Shown: positions 1 to 9,371 of the stretch, piece after piece | Layout of the letters: each line of letters opens with the position of its first letter | Position numbering within the stretch: the first letter of the stretch is position 1 | Source of the DNA: a virus | Lineage: Duplodnaviria > Caudoviricetes | Length of the DNA: 64,000 nucleotides | IMG/VR virus record: IMGVR_UViG_3300025389_001023 | Location: 50,542 to 114,541 of that record | Direction: 5' to 3' (one strand) | Position numbers and translations under genes: made by a program | The notes under the pieces: generated by a model | Told to the model about the DNA's origin: nothing | Seen by the model: only the letters and a program-made list of their open reading frames with translations | The model's database searches: none

Positions 1-10
1 CCAACATAAA

Positions 11-247
11 TTATTTTTCTAACTGTTCCCAGGCCCAATCACTTTCCTTAAGGTATGCAACTGGTTTAAGCCAACCATGTTTAATACATTCCTGAATAAG
101 ACTTTGGTAATTCTCAGGGCATCTATTACTAATCTCAAGTCCTGCTCTAGGGGTTAATGTAACGTTATCATGGCTCATGAACCAATCAGGATCATTTGGA
201 GTAAGTTTTTTAATTTTAGAATTTGAATTAGAATAGGTAACTGTCAT
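11..247 (-). CDS. hypothetical phage protein
   Basis: 78-aa ORF, overlaps the upstream gene's stop. Confidence 0.7.
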   Translation of the reverse strand: MTVTYSNSNSKIKKLTPNDPDWFMSHDNVTLTPRAGLEISNRCPENYQSLIQECIKHGWLKPVAYLKESDWAWEQLEK

Positions 248-477
248 AGTTGAAATTTTTTCAAATAGTCTTTAGCCATATCGTAATTATCCATAGCATC
301 ATCTATTAGTGTTAATACTAATAAATTTTTTAACTGTTCAGCCATTTGTGCCTCTTCAAGTGTAATGCTATCAAGCCAATCTTGATAATCTTGGTATGTT
401 TCAATACTCCACATCATGTCAAGCATTTGAACCTGTTCGGGTGTAAGGCCATGGATTTCAATATCTCGTTCACTCAT
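244..477 (-). CDS. hypothetical phage protein (likely start MSERDI at 477)
   Basis: GGAG RBS precedes the ATG at 477; acidic ORF. Confidence 0.7.
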   Translation of the reverse strand: MSERDIEIHGLTPEQVQMLDMMWSIETYQDYQDWLDSITLEEAQMAEQLKNLLVLTLIDDAMDNYDMAKDYLKKFQL

Positions 478-1472
478 ACTAATTCTCCTACATAAGGATT
501 GTTTAACCATTTTGCGTAGGTCTCTGCCTGTTCGCTAATTTTTGATAACTCATACTTGCCACAGAAACGCATGAAGTGTACGCCCACTTGCGGAGTAACA
601 GTAGTACGTACTGTTTCACGAATGCGTTGGTCAACTGCATCCTTAATATCTTGTGGTTGTGCAGTTAAGTCAATAAGTGTACGATTGCGTTCGTAGTCCT
701 CACGCACACGATGCTCAACACCATCATGGTCTACCCAACGTTGCAACATCATGTTATTCCAATTAAAGCCCTGTTTGTTGCGATCCTCGTAAGCCTCGAC
801 CAATCCAACTTTGTTTTTGCTACCTTTAGTACGCACACCTGGATATGCACTAAACACGTTGTCACTTGCATCACCACGCATACATTTTTCAAATAAATGA
901 AATTTGGGATCACCCAACAGTTTAGCTTCTTTTGTTTTCTTGTCTACAATCAATTTACCTTTTTCGTCATGATAGCCCTCAAGAGTAATAAATTGATTTG
1001 TTATACCATTATATTGAAAAACATGTTGGTCAATTAATTGGATGTAATCCGTGTCGCTACTGATGATGTAGTGTTGGTCCTCAGGATGCAAATGGATGAA
1101 ACGTGCAATTAAATCATCAGCCTCAGCACGTTCGTGACGTAATACACTTACGTTGGTCTTTTCCTTAAGGAACGTAGTGAATAATTCATACGTTTCCCAA
1201 AACATTTTGTTTTCCTCAACCTCAGCCTCTGTTTGCTGAGTGGCGTCTACAATACGATTTTTCTTGTAAGGACCATAATAGTCTTTGCGCCATGAACGAC
1301 CTTCTAAACAGAATACAACATGGCCAATCCCAAACTTGCGTACAACTTGATTTACACTTGCAAGTGTTAAGTGTAGTGCCATACCGATCTTTTCTTCTGT
1401 TGTACTATTGCGACTTGCAATGTGACGGGCACGGAAGAATGTGTTAGCTGTGTCAATGAGTGCGTATTTCAT
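474..1472 (-). CDS. rnh: T4-type RNase H / 5'-3' (flap) exonuclease
   Basis: LID..N, SWRK..Y..YK.NR, EADD, SSD.D..QL and GD.SDN motifs of the FEN/5'-nuclease family. Confidence 0.9.
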   Translation of the reverse strand: MKYALIDTANTFFRARHIASRNSTTEEKIGMALHLTLASVNQVVRKFGIGHVVFCLEGRSWRKDYYGPYKKNRIVDATQQTEAEVEENKMFWETYELFTTFLKEKTNVSVLRHERAEADDLIARFIHLHPEDQHYIISSDTDYIQLIDQHVFQYNGITNQFITLEGYHDEKGKLIVDKKTKEAKLLGDPKFHLFEKCMRGDASDNVFSAYPGVRTKGSKNKVGLVEAYEDRNKQGFNWNNMMLQRWVDHDGVEHRVREDYERNRTLIDLTAQPQDIKDAVDQRIRETVRTTVTPQVGVHFMRFCGKYELSKISEQAETYAKWLNNPYVGELV

Positions 1473-1498
1473 TTATAACCTTAAGATAATATACGTAT

Positions 1499-1527
1499 AT
1501 TATACGCAAAGTTTGAATTGTTGTCAA
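1499..1527 (-). promoter_or_regulatory. sigma70-type promoter, perfect consensus
   Basis: TTGACA-17 nt-TATAAT on the minus strand upstream of rnh. Confidence 0.85.
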
Positions 1528-1533
1528 TAAACA

Positions 1534-2022
1534 TTAGATTTTTTGGGTTACTTCATCAAATGAGCATAGATATTTTGTTAATTTACCCGAAATATTTCCG
1601 TTCTTTTCACGTATTGTAAATTTAAGTGCATCACTACCTATTGCATATTGTTGATAGGCCTCATAAGGTATAAGCAAAAACCACACGTGATGGTGAGTGT
1701 CCCCGGGCAAACACAAACATACTCGTAATGGTCCTATTTTAGTTCTAATATTACCTACAGAAACTTCGTACACATTATCTTTTCTTTTATAGAAGGTTCC
1801 CCATTTGGCATCGGAACCATCCAAAAAATCTCTACCAACAGCATTTTTGGTTAATAGTTTGGTATGGCTACTCATTGCTTTTTGTAGAACTTCTTCCCAA
1901 AAATGCCCCTTGTTAATATTGGCACTACTTTTGTACATTTGTTCCATTATATAATTTCTAGTAGCATATGGTTTATCACCATGAAGATAATCTACTAATT
2001 GATGCAAAAAATTAATTTTCAT
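1534..2022 (-). CDS. hypothetical protein, possible PD-(D/E)xK nuclease
   Basis: GHFWEE helix followed by RDFLDGSDAK; has its own promoter. Confidence 0.4.
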   Translation of the reverse strand: MKINFLHQLVDYLHGDKPYATRNYIMEQMYKSSANINKGHFWEEVLQKAMSSHTKLLTKNAVGRDFLDGSDAKWGTFYKRKDNVYEVSVGNIRTKIGPLRVCLCLPGDTHHHVWFLLIPYEAYQQYAIGSDALKFTIREKNGNISGKLTKYLCSFDEVTQKI

Positions 2023-2046
2023 AAAACCTTTCTGATTAAAACCTGT

Positions 2047-2074
2047 ATTCTACGTAGAAGTTAATTAATGTCAA
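2047..2074 (-). promoter_or_regulatory. sigma70-type promoter
   Basis: TTGACA-16 nt-TAGAAT. Confidence 0.65.
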
Positions 2075-2538
2075 CTAATTTCAGTACGCCCGTTACCCAA
2101 ATCTTTTTGTCTTACTACACGCATGTCTGTTGGCATTACACGATTCTCTGGATCAGCTTGTTGTTGTTCATACATCTCTAGCGCAATATTTCTGCACACA
2201 GTTTGGAACCAGCGGTCCACAATCATAGCATCAGTATCATCCTCACGAATCTTGTATCCTGCACGAATTAAGTTTAATACAAACTTATCATTCCAATCTA
2301 ATTCAAATGCACCACTATTAATATCATACGGGTCAATCTCCATCTTTAATACATTAACATAAGGTTGATTGTTTTTCTCAGCTAATTCTTTTTCGCTAGG
2401 TGATGTATCCTTAGGTGCACGTGGTTTGCGTGGTTTCTTAACCTTTGGTTCTTCTACCTTAACAGGTTCTGGTTTCTTTTTGAATATATCAAATAATCCC
2501 ATGTGTCTTTGCCTTTTCATATAATTTAAAACTTGCAA
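2071..2538 (-). CDS. hypothetical phage protein (true start may be MGLFDIF)
   Basis: 155-aa ORF downstream of uvsE. Confidence 0.7.
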   Translation of the reverse strand: MQVLNYMKRQRHMGLFDIFKKKPEPVKVEEPKVKKPRKPRAPKDTSPSEKELAEKNNQPYVNVLKMEIDPYDINSGAFELDWNDKFVLNLIRAGYKIREDDTDAMIVDRWFQTVCRNIALEMYEQQQADPENRVMPTDMRVVRQKDLGNGRTEIS

Positions 2539-3529
2539 GATTTTTAGCCTTGCTTTCGCACATTATATCAGCCCATTCATAATGTGTCAATGCCCAATCA
2601 TTTACTGCATCATTCCAGTAATAGTCACTATGGGCACGTAATTTTTGTTTGTTGTGACCACTCTCAATCAAGGGTGCAAGAGCGGGGCGTCCATGTTTGG
2701 TATGCTCAGTAAGTACATCTTCACGGCTGACGGAGTAATGTATAGTAGGACGCAGACCGCGCCAGCTATCAATAATTTTTTTAATACGGCTATCGTTGCT
2801 TTCAATATATTCTCCAGTTTTAATCCAGTGATGATGTATGTCTAAGACCAAAGCGAGATCCTTTGCGAGTTCCAGGGTGCTGTCAAGTCCCCATGACATT
2901 TCTTCGTTTTCGATTGTGATTGTGTTTCTTGCTTCGGGGGTAAGGCGTTTGAGGGCAGAGCGGATACCTTCGGGACCGGCTCGACCCGATATGTGTACAT
3001 TGATTTTAATGTCTTGAAATTGTTTACCGTACCCCATCCAACGTGCCATATCGACATGATATTCAAACTCCTCTATACTCTTATTTACTACCTCAGGACG
3101 GTCACTTGCTAAAACAACAAATTGGTCAGGGTGAAAACTTAGTTTAACATCATTGGCACGTGCAGTTTCACCAATTGGTGCCATCCAACGCTCTAAACTG
3201 TTTTGTACATCGGTAGATTTCCAAAAGTCACGATAGTCTTCATGTGTATAAAAACTAAACATATCACTTGTAAGACGAACCATGCGTAGTTCAGGAGCTA
3301 GTGTTGCTACCTTTTTAACAAGATTATGTGTGTTCATAATATTGCTTTTTGCAACATCTAAGATTTTTTGCTCTACAATATCACGTTTGTTACGCTTTGC
3401 CCATGCAAGAGTCGTGCCACCTGTGTTGAGTCCGTCAACACTGGCTATCTCGCCCTTCTTATTAATCTCTGCCCATTTACATGCAAAGCCGATACGTTTG
3501 ATAGATTGATTTGTCAAGATAATGTCCAA
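2489..3529 (-). CDS. uvsE: UV-damage endonuclease UvsE/UVDE
   Basis: RIGFAC, RLTSD, SFHPDQFVVL.S, EFEYH, IENEE, VLDIHHHW, HYS, HSDY and MCESKAKNLA motifs. Confidence 0.92.
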   Translation of the reverse strand: MDIILTNQSIKRIGFACKWAEINKKGEIASVDGLNTGGTTLAWAKRNKRDIVEQKILDVAKSNIMNTHNLVKKVATLAPELRMVRLTSDMFSFYTHEDYRDFWKSTDVQNSLERWMAPIGETARANDVKLSFHPDQFVVLASDRPEVVNKSIEEFEYHVDMARWMGYGKQFQDIKINVHISGRAGPEGIRSALKRLTPEARNTITIENEEMSWGLDSTLELAKDLALVLDIHHHWIKTGEYIESNDSRIKKIIDSWRGLRPTIHYSVSREDVLTEHTKHGRPALAPLIESGHNKQKLRAHSDYYWNDAVNDWALTHYEWADIMCESKAKNLASFKLYEKAKTHGII

Positions 3530-3534
3530 AGTGA

Positions 3535-3540
3535 TAAATA
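3535..3540 (+). promoter_or_regulatory. T4-late-like promoter (GATAAATA)
   Basis: TAAATA box upstream of the plus-strand gene at 3593; the same box recurs before many genes. Confidence 0.55.
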
Positions 3541-3548
3541 ATATACAT

Positions 3549-3577
3549 ATAGTAACACATACGGCTTTTTAAGTCAA
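3549..3577 (-). promoter_or_regulatory. sigma70-type promoter for uvsE
   Basis: TTGACT-17 nt-TACTAT. Confidence 0.65.
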
Positions 3578-3592
3578 TAAAAAAGGAACAAC

Positions 3593-4867
3593 ATGAAATT
3601 TATAGAATTATTTGAGGGTGCAACGCCCAAATTACCAGGCGCTCCTAAGGGAGTTGACATTATGACTCCTGAGCAATTTTTAGCCAAAAGTGCGAAAGGT
3701 GAAGAACCCGGTCCTGAAGAGGATGTAGATGAGGCAACAAAACTACCTGCACCAAGTCGTGAATTTGGCGACCAAGAATTCCAAGACTATTTAAAACGTA
3801 CAGTTGGTACACCTGATATTGATAAAAAGACAGGTAAGGTTAAAGTAGATAAAAAGGGTAAAGAAAAGTATGTGTCTGGTAAATTAAAAACAGACAAGTA
3901 TAAACTACCATACATTCACCGTAGTAGTGCTATCAAGTATTATAGCCCTGAAGAAAAACGCTACGACCCAGAACAAGTTAAAGATGTGCTTAAACAACGT
4001 CCTAAAAAGTTATTAAAGCAAAACGAAAAGATGAAACACAGTAACGGAGAATTAGAACAATTCTTCAATATTGGTTTTGCCGCATTGGTAGGTGTTGCTG
4101 TAGATGAAGCTACAGATAAATTGATTATTGTTAACACATGTCCTGGTGCTGGTAGCTGTAAAATTGATTGCTTTGCAATGGGTGGTGGTAAGATTCAATA
4201 TGAAGCTCCTTGGCAAAGTGATGGTAAAATATTAACATATCTATTAAACGATCCAGAAGGTTTCTTTAATCAACTAAGCGCAGAAATTGCAAAAGAAGAA
4301 AGCGATGGTAAAAAGGGTGGTTACAAGGTAAGTATTCGTTGGCACGATGCTGGTGACTTCTTTAGTCCAGAGTACATGGATTTAGCGTTCAAGTTAGCTA
4401 ACAAGTTCCCTGATGTAGACTTCTATGCTTATACTAAAATGGCAGGTGCGGCATTAGGTGCTAAGCCAAAGAACTTTATTATCAACTGGAGTGAAGGTGC
4501 TCATACTAGCCAAGAGAAACAAGTTAAAGCAAAGGATCCTAACTTACAACAGACTAAGAACAGTCGCATTGTTCCTGATGATGTATTCCAAGACTTATTG
4601 GTTAGAAATGAAAAGGGTAATTTAGAAAAAGGACCTAATGGTCAATGGCAAGTACAACCTGATAAACTACCTGAACTAAAACAACGTTTAGCAAAACAGT
4701 ATAACGTTAGTGCTAATTCAATATTGAGTTATGATGAGTGGGAACAAAAAACCAATCGCGGTAAGAAAGCAACACCAGTTAAGTACAACGTTATTGTAGC
4801 ACCGGGTGAGCCAGACTTATCAGCAAACTCACTAGGTGTACTAGGTACATTCTTACTAAAGCATTAA
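3593..4867 (+). CDS. Gp88-like Cys-motif (radical-SAM-like) protein with N-terminal extension
   Basis: TCPGAGSCKIDCFA (Cx5Cx3C), IRWHDAGDFFSPEY and FYAYTK motifs typical of the phage gene-88 family. Confidence 0.7.
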   Translation: MKFIELFEGATPKLPGAPKGVDIMTPEQFLAKSAKGEEPGPEEDVDEATKLPAPSREFGDQEFQDYLKRTVGTPDIDKKTGKVKVDKKGKEKYVSGKLKTDKYKLPYIHRSSAIKYYSPEEKRYDPEQVKDVLKQRPKKLLKQNEKMKHSNGELEQFFNIGFAALVGVAVDEATDKLIIVNTCPGAGSCKIDCFAMGGGKIQYEAPWQSDGKILTYLLNDPEGFFNQLSAEIAKEESDGKKGGYKVSIRWHDAGDFFSPEYMDLAFKLANKFPDVDFYAYTKMAGAALGAKPKNFIINWSEGAHTSQEKQVKAKDPNLQQTKNSRIVPDDVFQDLLVRNEKGNLEKGPNGQWQVQPDKLPELKQRLAKQYNVSANSILSYDEWEQKTNRGKKATPVKYNVIVAPGEPDLSANSLGVLGTFLLKH

Positions 4868-5694
4868 ACTTTTAGTAACTCTTCCATAGTGTAGAGATTT
4901 CTCATATAGGGCGATACATCTTTTAATACATAATAATCGATGTCGCCCTTTCTTCTTGGGCCTACTTTTGTAAGTAAATCCTTGTTAGGAATGTTATTGA
5001 CTTCTCTAAACATCTTTACAATCTCACCAACGCTATAACCTACACCATGACCCAAGCATTCAATTTGATTTGCAGGGTTTCCGATTGCTGTACGTAATGC
5101 ATCACATACTTCATTAACATGAACATAGTCACGCACACATGTGCCGTCTACTGTGTCATAATCATTACCATTGATGGTAAAATACCCTTGTTCACGTGCC
5201 TTCATTAAGTTGTACATCAATCCATCAGGGTTAGTTGGTTGATAGCCATCACTACCAATCACGTTATAGAATCTAAAGATTGTATATGGTGTGGGTTTAT
5301 GTTGTGTATAAAACTCACGTATCACATCTTCTGCCGCACGTTTGCTTACACCATATGGACTAACACAATGTTCTGCGGCACCTGTACTTGCAAAGATAAA
5401 GTTTTTTGTTTTAATCTTATTGATTACATTCATAGTACCATTTAAGTTAGTGATGTAGTATGTTAATGGTTGTTTTTCACTTTCACCTACATTAACCAAT
5501 CCTGCTAAATGAATGACACAATCAAATTCTTCTTCGATAGCAAATTGTTTTCTAATATCAATATGATAATGATTTTTTACTGGATGCTGTGGTGCACGAA
5601 AATCTAATCCATATACCTCACAATCACTTTCTAACATTTTAGTTAGATGACTACCAATGTAACCGCTGTTACCTGTGATTAAAACCTTTTTCAT
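4864..5694 (-). CDS. NAD-dependent sugar epimerase (GalE-like)
   Basis: ITGNSGYIGSH, YGVSK (YxxxK), RFYNV and DGTCVRDYVHV motifs. Confidence 0.9.
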   Translation of the reverse strand: MKKVLITGNSGYIGSHLTKMLESDCEVYGLDFRAPQHPVKNHYHIDIRKQFAIEEEFDCVIHLAGLVNVGESEKQPLTYYITNLNGTMNVINKIKTKNFIFASTGAAEHCVSPYGVSKRAAEDVIREFYTQHKPTPYTIFRFYNVIGSDGYQPTNPDGLMYNLMKAREQGYFTINGNDYDTVDGTCVRDYVHVNEVCDALRTAIGNPANQIECLGHGVGYSVGEIVKMFREVNNIPNKDLLTKVGPRRKGDIDYYVLKDVSPYMRNLYTMEELLKV

Positions 5695-7028
5695 TATAAT
5701 CCTTCAAATAGTGACAGACCAGTAGCCTCTTCCACGGGTTCAAAGCTAGGGTCTTTTGTTAAGTATGTGTTATCGTCTGTGTATATAATACGGAACTTAT
5801 GTTTATTTGTCAATACACTACGGATATCATCAATACAAATTACTTTACGATTTAAACTTTTAATAAAGTTGTCAACGGTGATAGTAGTTTCTTCACAAAT
5901 TTTTGCTGTATTGGTAGTAGACTGTTTACCATTAAAATCATTAAAGCAAACGTTCCATTTATGAAATACATCTTTTTCCAAACTAACTGAATGGTCCAGT
6001 GATCCTTTATTATACCAATCATTACTAGTTACAAACATATCATACGCACCTTTAACATCAGATGCCATAGATTTTTTGTTTGTCTCAAAGAAAAAATGTC
6101 CATCAAAGTTTTTAGTCCAACGTTGATTTTCTAAACAGAAAGTGGGTAGTTGTGTAATCTGCTCATAAAATGCCATACCATAGCTTTCAACTGTGCTAGG
6201 ATTAAACGCAACTCTACAACTTGTAATGAAGTCTACTTTTTCTTTACCAATGATACTTTCTTTAATGATATAATCAACACCAATCTTTTTTAATCTGTCT
6301 TCAAATTTTTTAGCACCATTGCTATTGGTCATTACTCTTGCAGGTAAGTTGGTCTGTTCAATAAGTTCCAAGTATAATTCAGGATTCTTACCTTCTTCCC
6401 AACGACCGACAAACAATACACCTTCACGTGGTTTATTGTGTTCTTCTAATAATGATTGTTCTGTAATAGGAATAGGCAAATGATAAGCATTATCAAACTG
6501 TAATTGATTAAACTTGCTTTGTGTTCCTATAAACACATTGTCAGTTTGTAACTGTTGTCTCATTAATACATTGGTATTATACAAGAATGGATTTTTAGTA
6601 TCTTTAAAAATCTGACTTTCCAAATGAGTATACGCAATGATTTGAATGCAGTCATCAAGCCCCATTGTACTTGCTACTTGTACAGTTTCATATGTGTTGC
6701 AAACAAATGCATCATACAAGTTATGTTCCAATGCCTCTACAATAGCATTTCGAAAGTTAGCCATACGCTCATAACAAAATGTATCTCCATACATAAAGAT
6801 ACTGCTATGGTCGGTATACTTTAATGATTCAACTGGGGCAATGATATTTGCTTTTAATGATTTAACAAACTCAGTATTTTGTGGTTGTTTGTCTGTAATG
6901 ATATCAACCTTGACACCATGACTATCCATAAGTTCACAAAAACTTCTAGCAAATTGACCAATACCACCATGTGGAATTAATGTTTGATAGCTAACTAAAA
7001 AACCAATGCGTTTACTGTACGTTCTCAT
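5694..7028 (-). CDS. GT-B (GT4-like) glycosyltransferase
   Basis: GGIG N-terminal motif, LFVGRWEEGKN and ESYGMAFYE (Ex7E). Confidence 0.8.
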   Translation of the reverse strand: MRTYSKRIGFLVSYQTLIPHGGIGQFARSFCELMDSHGVKVDIITDKQPQNTEFVKSLKANIIAPVESLKYTDHSSIFMYGDTFCYERMANFRNAIVEALEHNLYDAFVCNTYETVQVASTMGLDDCIQIIAYTHLESQIFKDTKNPFLYNTNVLMRQQLQTDNVFIGTQSKFNQLQFDNAYHLPIPITEQSLLEEHNKPREGVLFVGRWEEGKNPELYLELIEQTNLPARVMTNSNGAKKFEDRLKKIGVDYIIKESIIGKEKVDFITSCRVAFNPSTVESYGMAFYEQITQLPTFCLENQRWTKNFDGHFFFETNKKSMASDVKGAYDMFVTSNDWYNKGSLDHSVSLEKDVFHKWNVCFNDFNGKQSTTNTAKICEETTITVDNFIKSLNRKVICIDDIRSVLTNKHKFRIIYTDDNTYLTKDPSFEPVEEATGLSLFEGL

Positions 7029-7029
7029 T

Positions 7030-7290
7030 TTAATTATATTTTATATTAAACTTATCTTTAATGCTTTTTACACAACGTTGTTTGGTTCCTTCAATCATGC
7101 TTTTATCATAGGTTGTGTATGTTAACTCTGTTACCAGTGTTTCATTTATAGCATCAATACATTCTTTGATAAGCAATTCTGCAAAATCTTGTAATTTTTT
7201 ATCACTAACATCTTCGCCATAAAAATCACCGTCATCAGCTACACCATAAAAGCCTGCTCGTTCACCTAATTGTTTAATTTTTTCATTCAT
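7030..7290 (-). CDS. hypothetical phage protein
   Basis: MNEKIKQL...FAELLIKEC small protein; ATG overlaps the upstream stop. Confidence 0.7.
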   Translation of the reverse strand: MNEKIKQLGERAGFYGVADDGDFYGEDVSDKKLQDFAELLIKECIDAINETLVTELTYTTYDKSMIEGTKQRCVKSIKDKFNIKYN

Positions 7291-7532
7291 TTTTTTAATT
7301 TCCATATAATATGTTCAAGTTTATCATGCCATCTATGCTCAAACAAAGGTTCAGTAAGACCTGTATACAATGCAGTAACTTGGTAACCATACTTTAACCA
7401 AATGCGCTTACCAGATATGTCACATGTTTTTGGTAACCACGCAAATTTTAATTGAGCACCTATATACTTATTATAAAATAAATCATCAAATGAAGCCGTT
7501 TGGTAATTAGCACCCATCATTATGTTCCCCAC
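7287..7532 (-). CDS. hypothetical phage protein
   Basis: FAWLPKTC..SGKRIWL motif; coupled to its neighbours. Confidence 0.7.
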   Translation of the reverse strand: MGNIMMGANYQTASFDDLFYNKYIGAQLKFAWLPKTCDISGKRIWLKYGYQVTALYTGLTEPLFEHRWHDKLEHIIWKLKK

Positions 7533-8398
7533 TCATTCTTAAAGAGTGGTACTTGTAATCTGTCACTATAACGCCAGCCTCGCTTCATTGCGGCAAGGGC
7601 AACAGACTTAGCATTGAGATTATAAACAGACTCAACACCACCAACAGGCATAAGGTATACGTGACCCCTAAAACCCGACGCTCTAAATTGTTCAACTGCT
7701 TGTTCTGCATCTTTAACATCCTCTTCTGTCGCTACTACAAATTTCAAATATACGGTTCCAACTGTTTGATAATCACAAACAACTTTAGGCTTGATAGCAT
7801 CTTCCCAACTTTCACCACTACCTGGTAATTTAGCACTAACACTAAATGTAATTTCTTTGTTATGTAATCTATTCAATGCAGGCTGATGCATTTCTAACCA
7901 TTTAGTCTGTAAGTAGTGTTTGAATTCTGCTGTAAGTTCCTGTGTACCATTTGTCTCAAAAGTAATTTCTTTTAACTTTTGCATTTTAGGATGATTCAAC
8001 AAGTCAGGATACGCACGTTGCCAGCCCAACAATGGCTCACCACCTGTGATAACTAAATGTTCTTCTTTCCACTTATTGTGTGGAAGTATCTCCATAATAC
8101 GTGACACAATAGCATCACTTTCTAATACAGGACTTAAATCCTTAAAGTCAGGATGCCAACTTGCATAACTATCACACCCTGTACTAACTAGTGGCAGTTC
8201 TTCATACTTGTTATATAAATGTGCAACTGTTGCAATATCGTTAGCCTCTGCGCTTAGTTGTCCCCTAGGCATACCGAATCCGGCACACTTAAAGTTACAA
8301 CCAAACGTGCGTAAAAAGACTGAAGGTACTCCCATGTACCTTCCTTCACCTTGAATACTATAAAATAGTTCGGCTACTTTAATTTTACTCATCTTCAT
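7520..8398 (-). CDS. queE: 7-carboxy-7-deazaguanine synthase (radical SAM)
   Basis: ELFYSIQGEG, LRTFGCNFKC...GCDS, ITGGEPL, ETNGT, SVSAKL, YLMP and RLQV motifs. Confidence 0.92.
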   Translation of the reverse strand: MKMSKIKVAELFYSIQGEGRYMGVPSVFLRTFGCNFKCAGFGMPRGQLSAEANDIATVAHLYNKYEELPLVSTGCDSYASWHPDFKDLSPVLESDAIVSRIMEILPHNKWKEEHLVITGGEPLLGWQRAYPDLLNHPKMQKLKEITFETNGTQELTAEFKHYLQTKWLEMHQPALNRLHNKEITFSVSAKLPGSGESWEDAIKPKVVCDYQTVGTVYLKFVVATEEDVKDAEQAVEQFRASGFRGHVYLMPVGGVESVYNLNAKSVALAAMKRGWRYSDRLQVPLFKNEWGT

Positions 8399-8621
8399 CT
8401 TTCTCTAAAAATTGAGTTACCTGATCTTCTGCATCTTGTAAAAATTCTGCGTATACTTCAAAAGTAGCAATGCCATTTTTACATTTGATGTTAAATGGTA
8501 TAGTACCGTTTGGTAACCAACCGGGACCTACCTCACGTTTAATTTCAAAACGTTGTAGGCTTTTTACCTTAACCATTGTTTCGTTAAATATTTGTTCTGC
8601 TGTTTTCATCATTGATTCCAA
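8385..8621 (-). CDS. hypothetical protein
   Basis: ORF tightly packed in the operon. Confidence 0.65.
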   Translation of the reverse strand: MESMMKTAEQIFNETMVKVKSLQRFEIKREVGPGWLPNGTIPFNIKCKNGIATFEVYAEFLQDAEDQVTQFLEKDEDE

Positions 8622-8770
8622 TGTCTAATAACACCTGCTATAATAAAGCAATTTGTTGTGATATATGATAACACAATAATGGTACGAATACAAGCAATAC
8701 GGTCTGATTCTTTATCCGTACTGCCTGCTTTTTCGCCCAGTGCTTTGGCCCAAATTCGCCAAATATATTT
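8609..8770 (-). CDS. small membrane protein (start uncertain)
   Basis: IWRIWAKALGEKAG..D..SD.IA.IRT followed by a hydrophobic helix; the called ORF start overlaps queD. Confidence 0.5.
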   Translation of the reverse strand, partial: KYIWRIWAKALGEKAGSTDKESDRIACIRTIIVLSYITTNCFIIAGVIRHWNQ

Positions 8771-9296
8771 AGCCTTCGTAAGTAGCAGAATTAGCCCCGT
8801 GTTCAAATACTTCAACTGATTTTATCCTTACTGTTGGATTAATTGGATAACGCATATTGCCATTTACTAGTAAGTCTGCCATTTTATCGTATGCCATTTT
8901 AGCAAACATTTCACATCCTACAGCAGGAACAATACGTAAATCACACAACGCACCGCGCTCATGTGGTTTTAATTTATCCCACTCAGGAAGTGTGCCACTA
9001 CCCGGGATATTACCTTTGTTGTTCATGATTTTGAAAAAGTCTAGATGAGGATCATCTTCTGCAACAATCAATGTATGGTCAAACATATAATCTGCCCATG
9101 CTTTGAATTCTTTAAGTCCTCCAAAGTCCATACACCAGTTTTTGTCATCTAGTGTGTCGCACTCAAAAATTAATTTGATGCCTATCGAGTAACCATGCAA
9201 TGTTGAGCAATGGCTATGTGTAGCACGCCATTGTCTAAAACAGCAAGATAACCCTCTATCATTACCGTAAGTTTTTGTTGAATAAAATTTTGCCAT
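8769..9296 (-). CDS. queD: 6-carboxy-5,6,7,8-tetrahydropterin synthase
   Basis: HCSTLHGY, MDFGGLK, FDH, GCEMFA and VEVFEH motifs; next to queE and folE. Confidence 0.88.
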   Translation of the reverse strand: MAKFYSTKTYGNDRGLSCCFRQWRATHSHCSTLHGYSIGIKLIFECDTLDDKNWCMDFGGLKEFKAWADYMFDHTLIVAEDDPHLDFFKIMNNKGNIPGSGTLPEWDKLKPHERGALCDLRIVPAVGCEMFAKMAYDKMADLLVNGNMRYPINPTVRIKSVEVFEHGANSATYEG

Positions 9297-9370
9297 ACAT
9301 TTCTCCTATGTTAATTGTAGCATAGGCAGCAGAATTTGTAAAGCGGGAATGATGCCAAAAGACCGCTATA
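9297..9370 (-). ncRNA. candidate cis-regulatory pseudoknot / riboswitch-like leader of queD
   Basis: AGCGG/CCGCT stem, GGCA/TGCC pseudoknot, and a competing CCTATG/CATAGG hairpin covering the AGGAG RBS; TAAATA box at 9373-9378. Confidence 0.5.
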
Positions 9371-9371
9371 G

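Noticed and set aside
9297-9370. Calling the queD leader a canonical preQ1-I riboswitch
   Set aside because: The topology is similar, but the loop and A-rich tail do not match the consensus and the logic appears to be ON; kept only as a candidate.
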